Counted from the stretch's first letter, positions 1-10,059 are shown. The stretch is 64,000 bases of DNA from an uncultured Actinomycetota bacterium (GCA_963775655.1 CAVZJT010000007.1:734-64733); one strand, 5' to 3'. A program made the numbers and translations. The notes: generated by a model not told the origin, from the sequence alone.

Positions 1-596
1 TCCTGGAGGGGTGCCCTGCCGAGGTGGATGCGCTGCGGGACCGGATCAACTGCCGCCAGATCGTCATGCGCAACCTGCTGGCGCTCGCCGGCGGAGTCCG
101 TCGGACGGCTACTGGAACCTCGCACCCGAGGTCCCCGAGCCGGTCGATCCCCGGCAGATGATGCATCTGATGTTCGGAAGCTGCCGCTGCTTGCCTACGA
201 GGACAGGTCGTTGACCAGGCGCCGTCCGGCTGCGGACGCCTTCGCGCTCCTCGCCGAGGAACTTGCCGGCGTCGAGCAGGTGCGCCGACTGGCGATCGAC
301 GGAAGGCCCACGGTCTACGCGTTCGAGGTGCAGCGCGCCGATCGCTCACCCCTGCTCGTGCTGTGGGATCACCGGGACCAGATCGCCGGGGAGAGCGAGC
401 CCGCGGTGCGGGTCGACGTGCCATGGAACGCGCCAGGAGCGAAGTCCATCGACGTATTCGGAGCGGCACACCCCACGTCGGTCCGCGATGGTGAGCTCTC
501 GGTGGACGTGTCGATCACACCGCTTTTGTCACGGCCGAGCCGCAGCGCATGCATGCCGCGTCTGTCGGCGCGGCTACGAGGTCGGACCGTCCATGA
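1..596 (+). pseudogene. C-terminal part of an unidentified protein (gene runs off the window start); reading frame broken three times
   Basis: Protein-like translation passes from frame 3 (LEGCPAEVDALRDRINCRQIVMRNLLALAGG) to frame 2 (DGYWNLAPEVPEPVDPRQ) to frame 1 (KLPLLAYEDRS...TVYAFEVQRADRSPLLVLWDH...ELSVDVSITPL). It probably returns to frame 3 (FVTAEP..., TGA 594-596). Each switch fits one missing nucleotide (~100, ~176, T-run 524-527). Family not recognised. Confidence 0.4.
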
Positions 597-1453
597 ATGC
601 GGCGGCGTGATCGGTGACCCACTGGCGAAACGATCCCGCCGGCGATCCGAGGACGTCGTACACCGAAGTGGTGACGTACGCCGGCCGTCCCATCGTTGCG
701 CCCCACGCCGCGAGCAGCATGTCGACGGCCGGTCGCGGCCAGCTTCCCTCCGTCTCGCCTCGGAACTCGTCCGGCGACAGGTCCTCAAATCGGATCCGGC
801 GCCCGAGGACGTCGCCGATGATGGTGATCTGCTCCGCCTGACTCAGTGACTCGGGGCCGGTGAGGACGTAGTCGGCGCCGGCGTATCCGTCCTGATACAG
901 GGTCCGCGCGGCGACGGCTGCCACGTCACGGTCATCGACGGGCGCTGTTCTGCGGTGCCATAGGGCCATCGACGACGCCGTCGGCGCGAATCGCGGCCGC
1001 CCACCAGAAAACGGTGTTCGACGCGAACATTCCCGGCCGGATGATCGTCGACTCAAGCCCGGAAGCGGCGATGAGCCGCTCGATGTCGGCGTGCAGCGCC
1101 GCCATCGGATTCGGTTGCTGGAAGAAGGGGTGCGCGGTTTGGTGCGGAGACGAGAGAAAGACGACTCTCGGTGCGTGGGCCGCGAGGCGCTCGACGACCG
1201 CCGGAGCCGTCGTCGGCGGGACGGTCCAGACGAGGAAGACGGCACCGACACCGCGCAATGCTGCGTCGAGCGATTCGGGTGCGGTGAGGTCACCGGTGAC
1301 GACCTCGACCTCCGCCGGCAGCGTCGCCGCCTCGGGGCGATGCGTGAGGGCGCGGACCGGCACGCCCGCGTCTCTGAGTAGGTCGACTACCGAGCGCCCG
1401 ACCCGCCCGGTCGCTCCGGTGACGAGCACCGGAGGCACTCGCGTCCGTGTCAT
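574..1453 (-). pseudogene. NmrA/SDR-like NAD(P)-binding protein, frameshifted
   Basis: The Rossmann motif VLVTGATGRVGRSVV lies in ORF 932-1453. The C-terminal half (DRDVAAVAARTLYQDGYAGADYVLTGPESLSQAEQ) continues in ORF 574-1293. The frames join at G-run 940-942 (apparent extra nucleotide). Confidence 0.75.
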
Positions 1454-1619
1454 GAGAATCTCGGCGTCGTCCGTGGCAGGTGCACGTCATGAAGCATGCC
1501 ATCTTCTGAGAGCGGATGACGGCGAGCCGCGCTTGCACTCGATCGGTGACCTAAAGTTACTGCGGTGTAAGGGTTTCCGGGGTCGAAGAATTGTCGGTGG
1601 CTGGTTCTATCGTTGTCGC

Positions 1620-2981
1620 ATGGTCAGTGGTTCCGGTCCCGGTGAGCTCCCGGTGTGGGATGCGGTCGGCTGCCTGACCGCCGCCGTCGACGGGCTTGCC
1701 GGGGCGGCGTTGTGGCGGTGCGGGGATGCGGAGCTGCTGGATCTGCAGCGGGTGGTGGAGACGGCGGCCCGCCGGTTGTCGGCGGCGGCGTTGCGGCTGG
1801 TCGCGGAGGTCGACGACCGCCGGCTCGCCACCGACCGGGGGGCGGTGTCGACGGCGGCGTTGCTGCGGCAGGTGCTGAACATCTCCCCGGCGGAGGCGGG
1901 CTGGCGGGTCACCGCGGCGGAGAAACTGCTGGACCGGATCGGCCCGTCCGGGCAGACCGTGCCGGCGCGCTGCCGGCGACCGGGGCGGGGTTGGCGGACG
2001 GGTCGATCGGGGCGGGGCAGGCCCGGCTGATCTGCGACACGATCCGCCGCCTCCCCCCCGGGGTGGACGCCGACACCCGCGCCCGCGCGGAGGCGTTCCT
2101 GGCCGCCCAGGCCAGGGACCTGGACACGACGGCGTTGGGGAAGTGGCCCGCCGCATGCTCGCGACCCTGGACCCGGACGGGGCCGCGCTCGACGACGAGG
2201 ACGCGGTCCGGGCCCGGGAACTGTCCCTCGCCCGCGGGCCGGACGGGATGACGATGATCCGGGGCCGGCTCGATGCGGAAGGGGCGGCGGTGCTCCGCTG
2301 CGCGCTGGACCCGTTCACCGCCCCGGCCCCGTCCACCGCCGACGGCCCGGATCCGCGCAGCCCGGCCCGACGGCAGGCGGACGGGTTGATCGAACTGGCC
2401 CGCCGCGCCCTCACCGCCGGGGACCTGCCGGAGACCGGGGGCCAGCGCCCGCAGGTCACCGTCACCCTCGACTGGGAGACTCTCCGCACCCGGTTGGGGG
2501 CCGCGGAGCTGGGCTGGGGCGGGCCGGTCACCCCGGAGTCGGCCCGGCGGATCGCCTGCGACGCCCAACTCATCCCCGTCCTGCTCGGCACGGCCGGGCA
2601 GCCGCTGGACGTCGGGCGGGCCAGCCACACCATCCCGGTCGGCATCCGCCGCGCGCTGGTGGCCCGGGACCGGGGGTGCGCGTTCCCCGGCTGCGACCGG
2701 CCGGCCGCCTGGTGCGACGGGCACCACATCGAGCACTGGGCCGACGGCGGACCCACCGCGATCACCAACCTGGTGCTGCTCTGCGGGCACCACCACCGCA
2801 CCATCCACCACCACGACTGGCAGGTCCGACTTGATCAAGGCTTACCCGTGTTCCTGCCGCCACCCTGGATCGACCCCGACCAGACACCCGCCGTAACCGG
2901 CTGCACCACCTCCCCGCCATGCCCGACCCACCCGAGCCACCGGGCAGCCGCCGGCGACGCACCCTCGAGTTGGTCAACTAG
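1620..2981 (+). pseudogene. DUF222 / HNH endonuclease (REP13E12-type), three frameshifts
   Basis: The N-terminal DUF222-like part is in ORF 1014-2030 (from ATG 1620). The middle part (LADGSIGAGQARLICDTIRRLP) is in ORF 1655-2251. The HNH core (CAFPGCDRPAAWCDGHHIEHWADGGPTAITNLVLLCGHHHRTIH) is in ORF 2143-3051. A family-typical tail, PRRNRLHHLPA...LELVN, ends at TAG 2979-2981 in a fourth frame. Shifts occur at ~1961, ~2143 and C-run 2887-2889, each fitting one missing nucleotide. Confidence 0.8.
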
Positions 2982-2991
2982 TGGGACAGTG

Positions 2992-3325
2992 CGACATCGT
3001 GCGCCCTACCCGCACAATCGGGTCCTCGGATGCGAGTACGGCGCACGATGATGCCCAGCCGACCGCGGCCACCGGGCTATCGGCGAGCGCCGGCCGGACA
3101 TCGGACGCGCTACCCGCATAATCCAGCCTCAGATGCGAGTACAGGGTCCGATGATGGCGATGACCCCGAAGCCGCCACGACATCGTGCGCCCTACTCGCA
3201 CAATCGGGTCTTGGATGCGAGTAATTCGCCGGCACGGGCGATCGGCGAAGCGAGCCGAACATCGGACGCGCTCCACACATCATCCAGGCCCGCTGCGAGG
3301 ACGACGCACGATGATGCCCGCCATG
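2992..3325. repeat. Array of four related ~55-nt nested-hairpin units, two alternating subtypes (family C)
   Basis: Unit 1 (2995-3050) has outer stem CATCGTGCGCC/GGCGCACGATG and inner stem TACCCGCA/TGCGAGTA. Unit 2 (3099-3153) has outer stem CATCGGAC/GTCCGATG with the same inner stem. Unit 3 (3181-3223) has lost its 3' outer arm. Unit 4 (3260-3313) is a chimera. ORFs across the array only repeat DPIVRVGRTMS and are not credible. Confidence 0.7.
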
Positions 3326-3351
3326 CACCGGCCGCTCGAACGCTCACCTAT

Positions 3352-4167
3352 CTAGGCGGCGTTGTGCGACACGGGCCAACAGACCTCGGTCTCGTGGTTC
3401 AGCAGGTCGTCCTCGTCTCCGAGCGGGAGGTACCGCTCGCGGATTGGGCCGGTGGTGCCGACGGCGCGCTCGGCGACCCAGGTGCCGAGAACGCCATAGG
3501 TCTGGTCGAGATCACTGAACGGACCGTGATGCGAGGTGACGGCAAGTTCTGCAGCGGGGACGTCGTAGGCGACGACGCGTCCCCCGGCGGGAGGGGTGCC
3601 GGCGGCGGGTACGAAGGCGACGAGCTCACCTTCCTCGATCTCGAAGAAGTCGTCCGGGAACAACGCACCGTCCGGACCGGACCGCGTCGCGCCGGAGTCG
3701 CGCAGCGCCTTGTGCAGCTCCCCGAACGCCGCCATCCACCAGGCCACGGCGTCGGCGGACCGGACGCGCTCGATGATGGCGTACGACGGGGTCACCGGCT
3801 CGGATCGGTAGTGGACGTCGGCCGGCTTCCGTGTGCCCGAGAGCAGGCCCCGCAGCGAGGCGACAGTCTCCTGTGTCTGTGCCAACTGTCGCTCCATTCG
3901 CTCGAGGTGGGCGACGATCGCCCGGTTGCGCGCATCGACGTCCGGGGCCTGCAGCACCGACCGGACCTCATCCAGCGGCATGCCGAGGTCCCGGAATCTC
4001 CGGATGACCTGGGCCGTGGCCACCTGATTCGGCCGGTAGAAGCGGTATCCCGTCGCCGGGTCCACGGTGGCCGGCTCCAGGAGGTTGACGTCGTGGTAGT
4101 GCCGCAGGGCTTTGACACTGAGATAGGTCATCCGCGAGAAGTCGCCGATGCTGAGCAACACGTCCAT
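3352..4167 (-). CDS. MerR-family transcriptional regulator with GyrI-like effector-binding C-terminal domain
   Basis: N-terminal HTH IGDFSRMTYLSVKALRHYHDVNLLEP plus a coiled linker and a ~150-aa effector domain. Divergent from an MFS efflux gene. Start taken at ATG 4167 (MDVLLSIGDF). Confidence 0.85.
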   Translation of the reverse strand: MDVLLSIGDFSRMTYLSVKALRHYHDVNLLEPATVDPATGYRFYRPNQVATAQVIRRFRDLGMPLDEVRSVLQAPDVDARNRAIVAHLERMERQLAQTQETVASLRGLLSGTRKPADVHYRSEPVTPSYAIIERVRSADAVAWWMAAFGELHKALRDSGATRSGPDGALFPDDFFEIEEGELVAFVPAAGTPPAGGRVVAYDVPAAELAVTSHHGPFSDLDQTYGVLGTWVAERAVGTTGPIRERYLPLGDEDDLLNHETEVCWPVSHNAA

Positions 4168-4278
4168 GCGCGCAGCCTGCACCCTCCCCCTACCGGAGAG
4201 TCAAGCGAGGCGACCCGCCCGCGAAAAGTTCGGGAAGGTCGTTGACTCTCCTGTTACAGGAGGCCGGACAACAGACGC

Positions 4279-5760
4279 ATGAACGAAACCCTCAAGACCT
4301 CCACACCGCATCTCGTCGAGGCGCCCACCGAGGCGCGTGGACCGCTCGCCCGGCTCCGGGCGAGCCACTGGTCGGCCCTGCCGGTGCTCCTCGCCGGGAC
4401 CTTCCTGATCGTCCTGGACTTCTTCATCGTCAACGTGGCGCTCCCGTCGATGCAGACGGAACTGCACGCCACCACCACGATGATCGAGTGGGTCGTGGCG
4501 GGTTACGGCCTCACGTTCGCCGTACTCCTGCTCGCCGCAGGTCGGTTCGGCGATCGATGGGGCCGCCGGCGACTGTTCGCCATCGGCGTCGGGACATTCA
4601 CCGTCGCGTCCGCCGTCTGCGGCATCGCGCCGAACGCCAGCATCCTGGTGATCGCGCGTCTCGCCCAGGGAGCGGCCGCCGCGCTGATCAGCCCGACGGT
4701 TCTGGCCATCATCGGAGTCGTCTACAACGGCAAGGACCGGGCTCGCGCCATCGGCATGTATGCCACGGTCATGGGTCTCGCGGCGGCCGGCGGCCAGCTG
4801 ATCGGTGGTCTGCTGCTCAGCGCGGACGTCGCCGGACTCGGCTGGCGCACCGTCTTCCTCATCAACGTGCCGGTCGGAATCGTCGCGCTGCTGGCGACGC
4901 CGAAGTTCGTGCCGGAGTCACGCGAGGCCCGGCCCGCCCGTACCGATGTGGTCGGCCTCGTCCTCGCGACGGCCGGGGTCACCGCTTTCGTGCTGCCGCT
5001 GCTCGAAGGACGCCAGCAGGGCTGGCCGGTCTGGACGTGGGTGACCCTCGCTGCCGCTCCGCTGTTCCTCGTCGAGTTCGCGCTGCGCCAGCGCGCGCTG
5101 GTACGCCGGGCGGAGGCACCGCTGCTCGACCCGCGGCTGTTCCGGTCGCGCAGCTTCACCGCCGGGCTCGTCGCGCAGTTCGCCCTCTGGGGTGGGCAGG
5201 CGTCGTACTTCCTGATCCTGGCGCTGTTCCTGCAGCAGGGACGCGGATTGAGCGCACTGCAGTCCGGACTGGTCTTCACCATCGTCGCCGCGGCCTACCT
5301 CGTCGGGTCGGCGAAGGCTCCGGCGCTGTCGGCGCGCTACGGCCGCTCGGTGGTCACGGCTGGCGCGGTACTGCTGGCGGTCGGACACCTCGCGCTCATG
5401 CTGGCGACCACCGAGGTCGGCGTCGGCGGCTCGGTCTTCACCCTCGCGCCCGGCCTGCTATTCGCCGGAGTGGGCATGGGGCTGTGCATCACGGCGCTGA
5501 CCACGACGGTGCTGAGCGACGCCGACCCGCAGCAGGCGGGCGCGGTCTCTGGTGCGCTGTCGAGCGTGCAACAGATCGGCAACGCCGTCGGGGTCGCGGT
5601 CATCGGCCTGATCTTCTTCGGCGGGCTGGGCAGCGGATACGCCCACGCGTTCGACGCGAGCCTCATCGCGCTCGCCGGGCTGCTCGGCGTGCTCGCCGTT
5701 CTCAGCCGGTTCTTGCCGCGGAAGGACACCCCTGCCGTGGACAGCGGGATCGCCGCCTGA
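4279..5760 (+). CDS. MFS transporter, DHA2 (EmrB/QacA) drug-efflux family
   Basis: Intact 493-aa ORF that is hydrophobic throughout, with the MFS motif GRFGDRWGRRR after TM2. Confidence 0.85.
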   Translation: MNETLKTSTPHLVEAPTEARGPLARLRASHWSALPVLLAGTFLIVLDFFIVNVALPSMQTELHATTTMIEWVVAGYGLTFAVLLLAAGRFGDRWGRRRLFAIGVGTFTVASAVCGIAPNASILVIARLAQGAAAALISPTVLAIIGVVYNGKDRARAIGMYATVMGLAAAGGQLIGGLLLSADVAGLGWRTVFLINVPVGIVALLATPKFVPESREARPARTDVVGLVLATAGVTAFVLPLLEGRQQGWPVWTWVTLAAAPLFLVEFALRQRALVRRAEAPLLDPRLFRSRSFTAGLVAQFALWGGQASYFLILALFLQQGRGLSALQSGLVFTIVAAAYLVGSAKAPALSARYGRSVVTAGAVLLAVGHLALMLATTEVGVGGSVFTLAPGLLFAGVGMGLCITALTTTVLSDADPQQAGAVSGALSSVQQIGNAVGVAVIGLIFFGGLGSGYAHAFDASLIALAGLLGVLAVLSRFLPRKDTPAVDSGIAA

Positions 5761-5783
5761 CCGAAATCAGGAGGTGGCGTACG

Positions 5784-5823
5784 CCGCCGGAGGCGGGGAG
5801 CCGGGCTCTCCACCTCCGGCGGT
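5784..5823 (+). terminator. Possible stem-loop terminator after the MFS gene
   Basis: CGCCGGAGG ... CCTCCGGCG arms (9 bp) with further partial pairing inside the loop, 24 nt after the stop. There is no T-tract. Confidence 0.3.
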
Positions 5824-5926
5824 GCCGTGCGTACCAGGCCGGGTTCCCTCACCACGCGTTCGCCATCGGACTACGGTCGTCCCTGACGCGAGTTTTCCGG
5901 TACCGGCGAAGGGGAGGGCCACGGAG

Positions 5927-6403
5927 ATGGCTGATCAGGACGACGCGGACCAGATCGTCGGCTCCGATCGCCGCCGCCAACTCGACGAGGAGCTCGCAAG
6001 GCTGCGCGCCCAGAAGCGCGAGATCGAGGGCACCTTCGACACCGACAACCCCCGTGGCGACAGCGGCGACCAGGCCGACGAGATCGAACGCGGGTCGGAG
6101 CTGACCTGGATCGACGACCGCATCACCGAACTCACCGATCTCCTCGAGCACGGCGTGGGCGCCGACCGACCCACCGGGGACCGGGTCGAGGTCGGGTCGC
6201 AGGTGGTCCTGGAGTTCTCCGACGGGACCCGGGAGACCCTCCTCGTCGGCGACGTCGGCCTGGACACCGGGCAGTCGACGGTGCTCACCCCCGACAGCCC
6301 GCTCGGGCGATCCATACTCGGGCACCGGGTGGGCGACACCGTGACGTATCCGGCGCCGTCGGGCCCGACGCAGGCGACCGTTGTCGAGATCAGCGTTTCC
6401 TGA
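5927..6403 (+). CDS. GreA/GreB-family protein (Rnk-like regulator)
   Basis: Acidic coiled N-terminus followed by a GreA/B C-terminal-type domain (VEVGSQVVLEFSDGTRETLLVGD...LTPDSPLGRSILGHRVGDTVTY). ATG at 5927. Confidence 0.7.
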   Translation: MADQDDADQIVGSDRRRQLDEELARLRAQKREIEGTFDTDNPRGDSGDQADEIERGSELTWIDDRITELTDLLEHGVGADRPTGDRVEVGSQVVLEFSDGTRETLLVGDVGLDTGQSTVLTPDSPLGRSILGHRVGDTVTYPAPSGPTQATVVEISVS

Positions 6404-6511
6404 GCGCGGTTGATTCACGTCAACGAAGTACCCGTGACGTGCGTCGGCTCGTCGAGGACGGGATCGCAATAATCGGTCGCCACGCGGGGATCGCGGGCGT
6501 TTCCTGGAGCA

Positions 6512-7507
6512 ATGGAGTTGGGCTGGCTCGATCCGCAGCGCCTGGATGCCCGCGATGTCGCGGGGGCCGCGGCGGTGTTCGAGGCTGCCCGTGTGACCGA
6601 TTGCCCCCATGAGCATCCGGGGACCGCGGCATCCGTCGCGGCGGCCGTGACACATGGGTACGACGGTGACCCGCCGGCCGTAGGGCTCATGCGCGCCAAG
6701 GGTGGCCGCGTCGTCGGGATCGTCGAGGTCGAGCTTCCGCACTGGGACAACCGGCATCTCGGGTGGCTCGGGATCACGGTCGACCCGCTCGTCCGGCGGC
6801 AGGGGATCGGTCGGTCACTCTTCGAGGCGGGAGTCGACCGCGTGCGCGCCGAGGGGCGGCGCATGGTCATCGCCAACTCCTTCGAGGGCACCGCGGGCGT
6901 CCCTTTCCTCGAGGCGATGGGGCTTGGCCGGGTGTCGGTGGAGGTGCAGCGGAGGCAGCACATTCCCGACCTCGACTGGGAGCGGCTCGACCACGACTAC
7001 GCGACGGCAGAACGCCGCTGCATCGACTACGAACTCGTGCGCATGCCCGGCGCGACACCCGAGGACCTGCTCGACGACGTCGCCCGGATGACCGAGGCCA
7101 TCAACGATGCGCCGACCGACGACTACGACATCGAGGACGAGGTCTTCACGCCGGAACGGCTCAGGGCCTTCGAGGGTGCACAACGCGCGCACGAGCGGCG
7201 GGTCTATCGGCTGGTCGCCCGGGATCGTCGTACTGGCGACCTGGCCGGGCACACGATGGTCGGGGTCGACGGCCCTCGCCCGTGGTTCGGCTGGCAGTAC
7301 GACACGAGCGTGCTCCGCGCGCACCGCGGTCACCGGCTCGGGTTCGTGCTGAAGGCTGCGATGCTGCGCTGGCTCGCCGAGGAGGAACCGCAACTTCGTG
7401 ACCTCGACACCTGGAACGCGGCGTCCAACGACCACATGATCAGGGTCAACGAGATGCTCGGCTACCGGGTCGTCGCCAGCGTCATTGGCTGGCAGCGACA
7501 CCTGTAG
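6512..7507 (+). CDS. GNAT-family N-acetyltransferase, two tandem acetyltransferase halves
   Basis: Intact 331-aa ORF with acetyl-CoA pocket-like motifs VRRQGIGRSLF and HRGHRLGFVL. Confidence 0.75.
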   Translation: MELGWLDPQRLDARDVAGAAAVFEAARVTDCPHEHPGTAASVAAAVTHGYDGDPPAVGLMRAKGGRVVGIVEVELPHWDNRHLGWLGITVDPLVRRQGIGRSLFEAGVDRVRAEGRRMVIANSFEGTAGVPFLEAMGLGRVSVEVQRRQHIPDLDWERLDHDYATAERRCIDYELVRMPGATPEDLLDDVARMTEAINDAPTDDYDIEDEVFTPERLRAFEGAQRAHERRVYRLVARDRRTGDLAGHTMVGVDGPRPWFGWQYDTSVLRAHRGHRLGFVLKAAMLRWLAEEEPQLRDLDTWNAASNDHMIRVNEMLGYRVVASVIGWQRHL

Positions 7508-7523
7508 CCGAGCACCCCGCCCG

Positions 7524-9877
7524 TCACCGCACCTGCGTGAGCACCGTGTTGGACATGCCTGCGTTGGTGGTGTTGGTCGCGTAGTAGCGGTAGTCGGTGT
7601 TGGCGACGTAGCTCGTCATCCAGCGACCGCCGGCCGTGGCGGTGAGCGTCCGGCGAGCCGTGTAGCCCGGCACGTCCTTCTTCTTGAACCACACCCGGAT
7701 CGTCATTCCCGGCCGGGCGGTACCGACGATATTGACCGTCGAGCCGAGCGGGACCGTCGCCGGCCCCACCGTGAACGGCTTGATCTGAGTCAGGCCGTGC
7801 GGCGACATGCGTCCGCCGGAGGTGGCGTAGTAGCGGTAGTCGTTGTTGGCGACGTAACTGGTCGCCCAGTGACCGCTGCCATTGGCGTGCAGTCGACGGC
7901 GATTGGTGTAGTCGTCGGTGAGGTACTTGTGGAACCACACGTTGACGATCGCGTTCGGCGCGGCGGTGCCGCTCAACTCCACGCTCGTGTTGAGCTGGGC
8001 GAAGGCCGGCCCGGTGATGGTCACCGCCGGTCCGAGTGGAGTCACCGTGTTGGACGCCTTCGACGGCGCGGAGGGCCCGACCGAGTTGGTCGCGGTGACC
8101 TGGAACGAGTACTGGTCGCCGTTGGTCAGCCCGGTCACCGTGATCGGGCTCCCGGATCCGTCCGCGGTCTGGCCGCCGTGGCCGGGGTTGGTGTGATCAG
8201 TGGCCCGCACCGTGTACGAGGTGATGGCTGCGCCGCCGTCGTTGACGGGCGGCGTGAAGGTGACCGCGGCGGTGCCGTTCCCGGCGGTCGCGTGCGCGTC
8301 GGTCGGTGGGTCGGGCACGGTGACCGGGCCCATCGGCGTGACCGCGTTGGATTGCTCCGACGGGTCGGACGTGCCCACCCTGTTGGTGGCGGTGACCGTA
8401 AAGGTGTAGGTCGTGCCGTTGGTCAGCCCGTGCACCACGATCGGGCTACCCGGGCCGGTGGTCATCTGGCCGTCCAGCGGGGCCCGGCCGACGACCCGAC
8501 AACTCCGGGACACGCAGGGGGAGATCGCCTCGGCGGTCACGGTGTAGTGGGTGATCGCTGCCCCGCCGTCGTCCACCGGCGGCGTGAAGCTGACCGTCGC
8601 CTCCATGTGGCCCGCGAACGCGGTCACTTGGGTGGGTGCGCCGGGCACGGTCGCCGGAGTGACCGAGTTGGACGGATCCGACGGCAGCGATATCCCGTGG
8701 ATGTTCTTCGCGGTGACCGTGAAGGTGTACGCCGTGCCGTTGGTCAGACCGGGCACGGTGATCGGGCTGGCGAGTCCGCTGGCGGCTTTGCCGCCGGGGG
8801 ATGCCGTCACGGTGTAGCTGGTGATGGGTGCCCCGCCGGTGTTCACCGGTGCCGTGAAGGTCACTGCAGCGCTGGCGTTGCCGCCGGTCGCGTGCACGAG
8901 AGTCGGTGGGTGCGGCACCGTGCCCGGGGTCACCGTGTTGGAGACCGCCGAAGGCACCGAGTCACCGAAGGCATTCATCGCCTGGACGGTGAACGTGTAG
9001 TCGTCGCCGTTGTGCAGGCCGGTCACGGTGAGCGGGCTGCCGGGCCCGGTTGCGGTCTGGCCGCCGCGGCCCGGTTCGGTGGCATCGACGGCGAGCACGG
9101 TGTAGCCGGTGATCGGCGGGCCGCCGTCGTTCAGCGGCGGGGTGAAGGCCACGGCGGCAGACTGGTTCCCCGCGGTCGCGGTCACGCCGGTCGGCGGATC
9201 GGGGACCGTGCCGGGGATGACCGCGTTGGTCGGCGCTGACGGCTTCGACTTACCGAAGAAGTTCCGGGCGACGACGGTGAACGTGTAGCTGTCGCCGTTG
9301 GTCAGCCCGCGCACGGTGATCGGGCTCGTTACGCGGGTGGCGGTCTGCCCGCCGCGACTCGGATCGGTGTGGTCGGTCGCGGTGACGGTGTAGTCGCGGA
9401 TCTTTACGCCGCCGTTGCTCACCGGGATCTTGAACTTGACCAGGGCGTCGGTATTGCCCGCCGTCGCTTCGGCGCCGATCGGAGGTGCGGGCACGGTGCC
9501 CGGGATGACCGGGAAGGACGGCAGCGACGGGCGCGACGTACCGAAGAAGTTCCGCGCGGTGACGGTGAAGGTGTAAAGGTCGCCGTTGTGCAGGGTGCGC
9601 ACGGTCAGCGGGCTGGTCCGTCCGCGGCCGTCTGCCCGCCGCGCGCCGGATTGGTGAGATCGCGCGCGGTGACGGTGTAGCGGGTGATCGGGGCGAGGCC
9701 GCGGCGAGCCGGCGGGCTGAAGGTCACGGTCGCCTCGGCGTTGGCGGCCACGGCGTCGACGTTTCTCGGCGGGCCGGGCCGGCCGATCGCGTTCGGTGCC
9801 GGCGCGGCGGCGGCCGATCCCATCCCGAGCGTCTGCACTGATGCGGCGATGAGGATGGCGACAGACGCCACCTGCAT
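7524..9877 (-). pseudogene. Secreted protein with six fibronectin type III repeats and two C-terminal Ig-like repeats, one frameshift
   Basis: The signal peptide (MQVASVAILIAASVQTLGMGSAAA) and first FN3 repeat are in ORF 9605-9982; the rest is in ORF 7524-9602. The frames join inside the conserved GGQTA..SPLTV motif at ~9618 (one missing nucleotide). The repeated motif is P..NDGG..IT.YTV...GGQTA...SPITVTGLTNG..YTFTV.A.N. The C-terminal duplicated module carries YVAN.DYRYYAT. Confidence 0.85.
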
Positions 9878-9998
9878 GAAACGGATGCGTGGCACGATCC
9901 GACCCCCCGTCGGGTTACCCACCCTGAGTGGTCGAAGTATTACACAGCGCGTCCGACTTCCGGCGAGTCTCACGGGTCCCACCCGTTTCAGGGCTCCG

Positions 9999-10059
9999 AT
10001 TCCACGTCAACGTGACGTTGACGTGGCGAGAGCGCCGGAACGTCACGTTCACGCGGAAT
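9999..10059. repeat. Solo copy of the 61-nt palindromic unit (family A)
   Basis: Sequence is ATTCC-ACGTCAACGTGACGTTGACGTGG-CGAGAGCGCC-GGAACGTCACGTTCA-CGCGGAAT. Length and layout match the three units at 55136-55367. Confidence 0.75.

Noticed and set aside
1557-2838. Long minus-strand ORFs (415 aa and 309 aa) lie antisense to the DUF222-HNH gene.
   Set aside because: Their composition (runs of R, P, G, A) is typical of off-frame or antisense translation of GC-rich coding DNA. No motif was recognised. The plus strand carries clear HNH homology.
3352-5760. The divergent MerR regulator and DHA2 efflux pump as something unusual.
   Set aside because: This is a standard regulator-efflux pair, widespread in actinobacteria. 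Both genes are intact and nothing atypical shows in the intergenic region.
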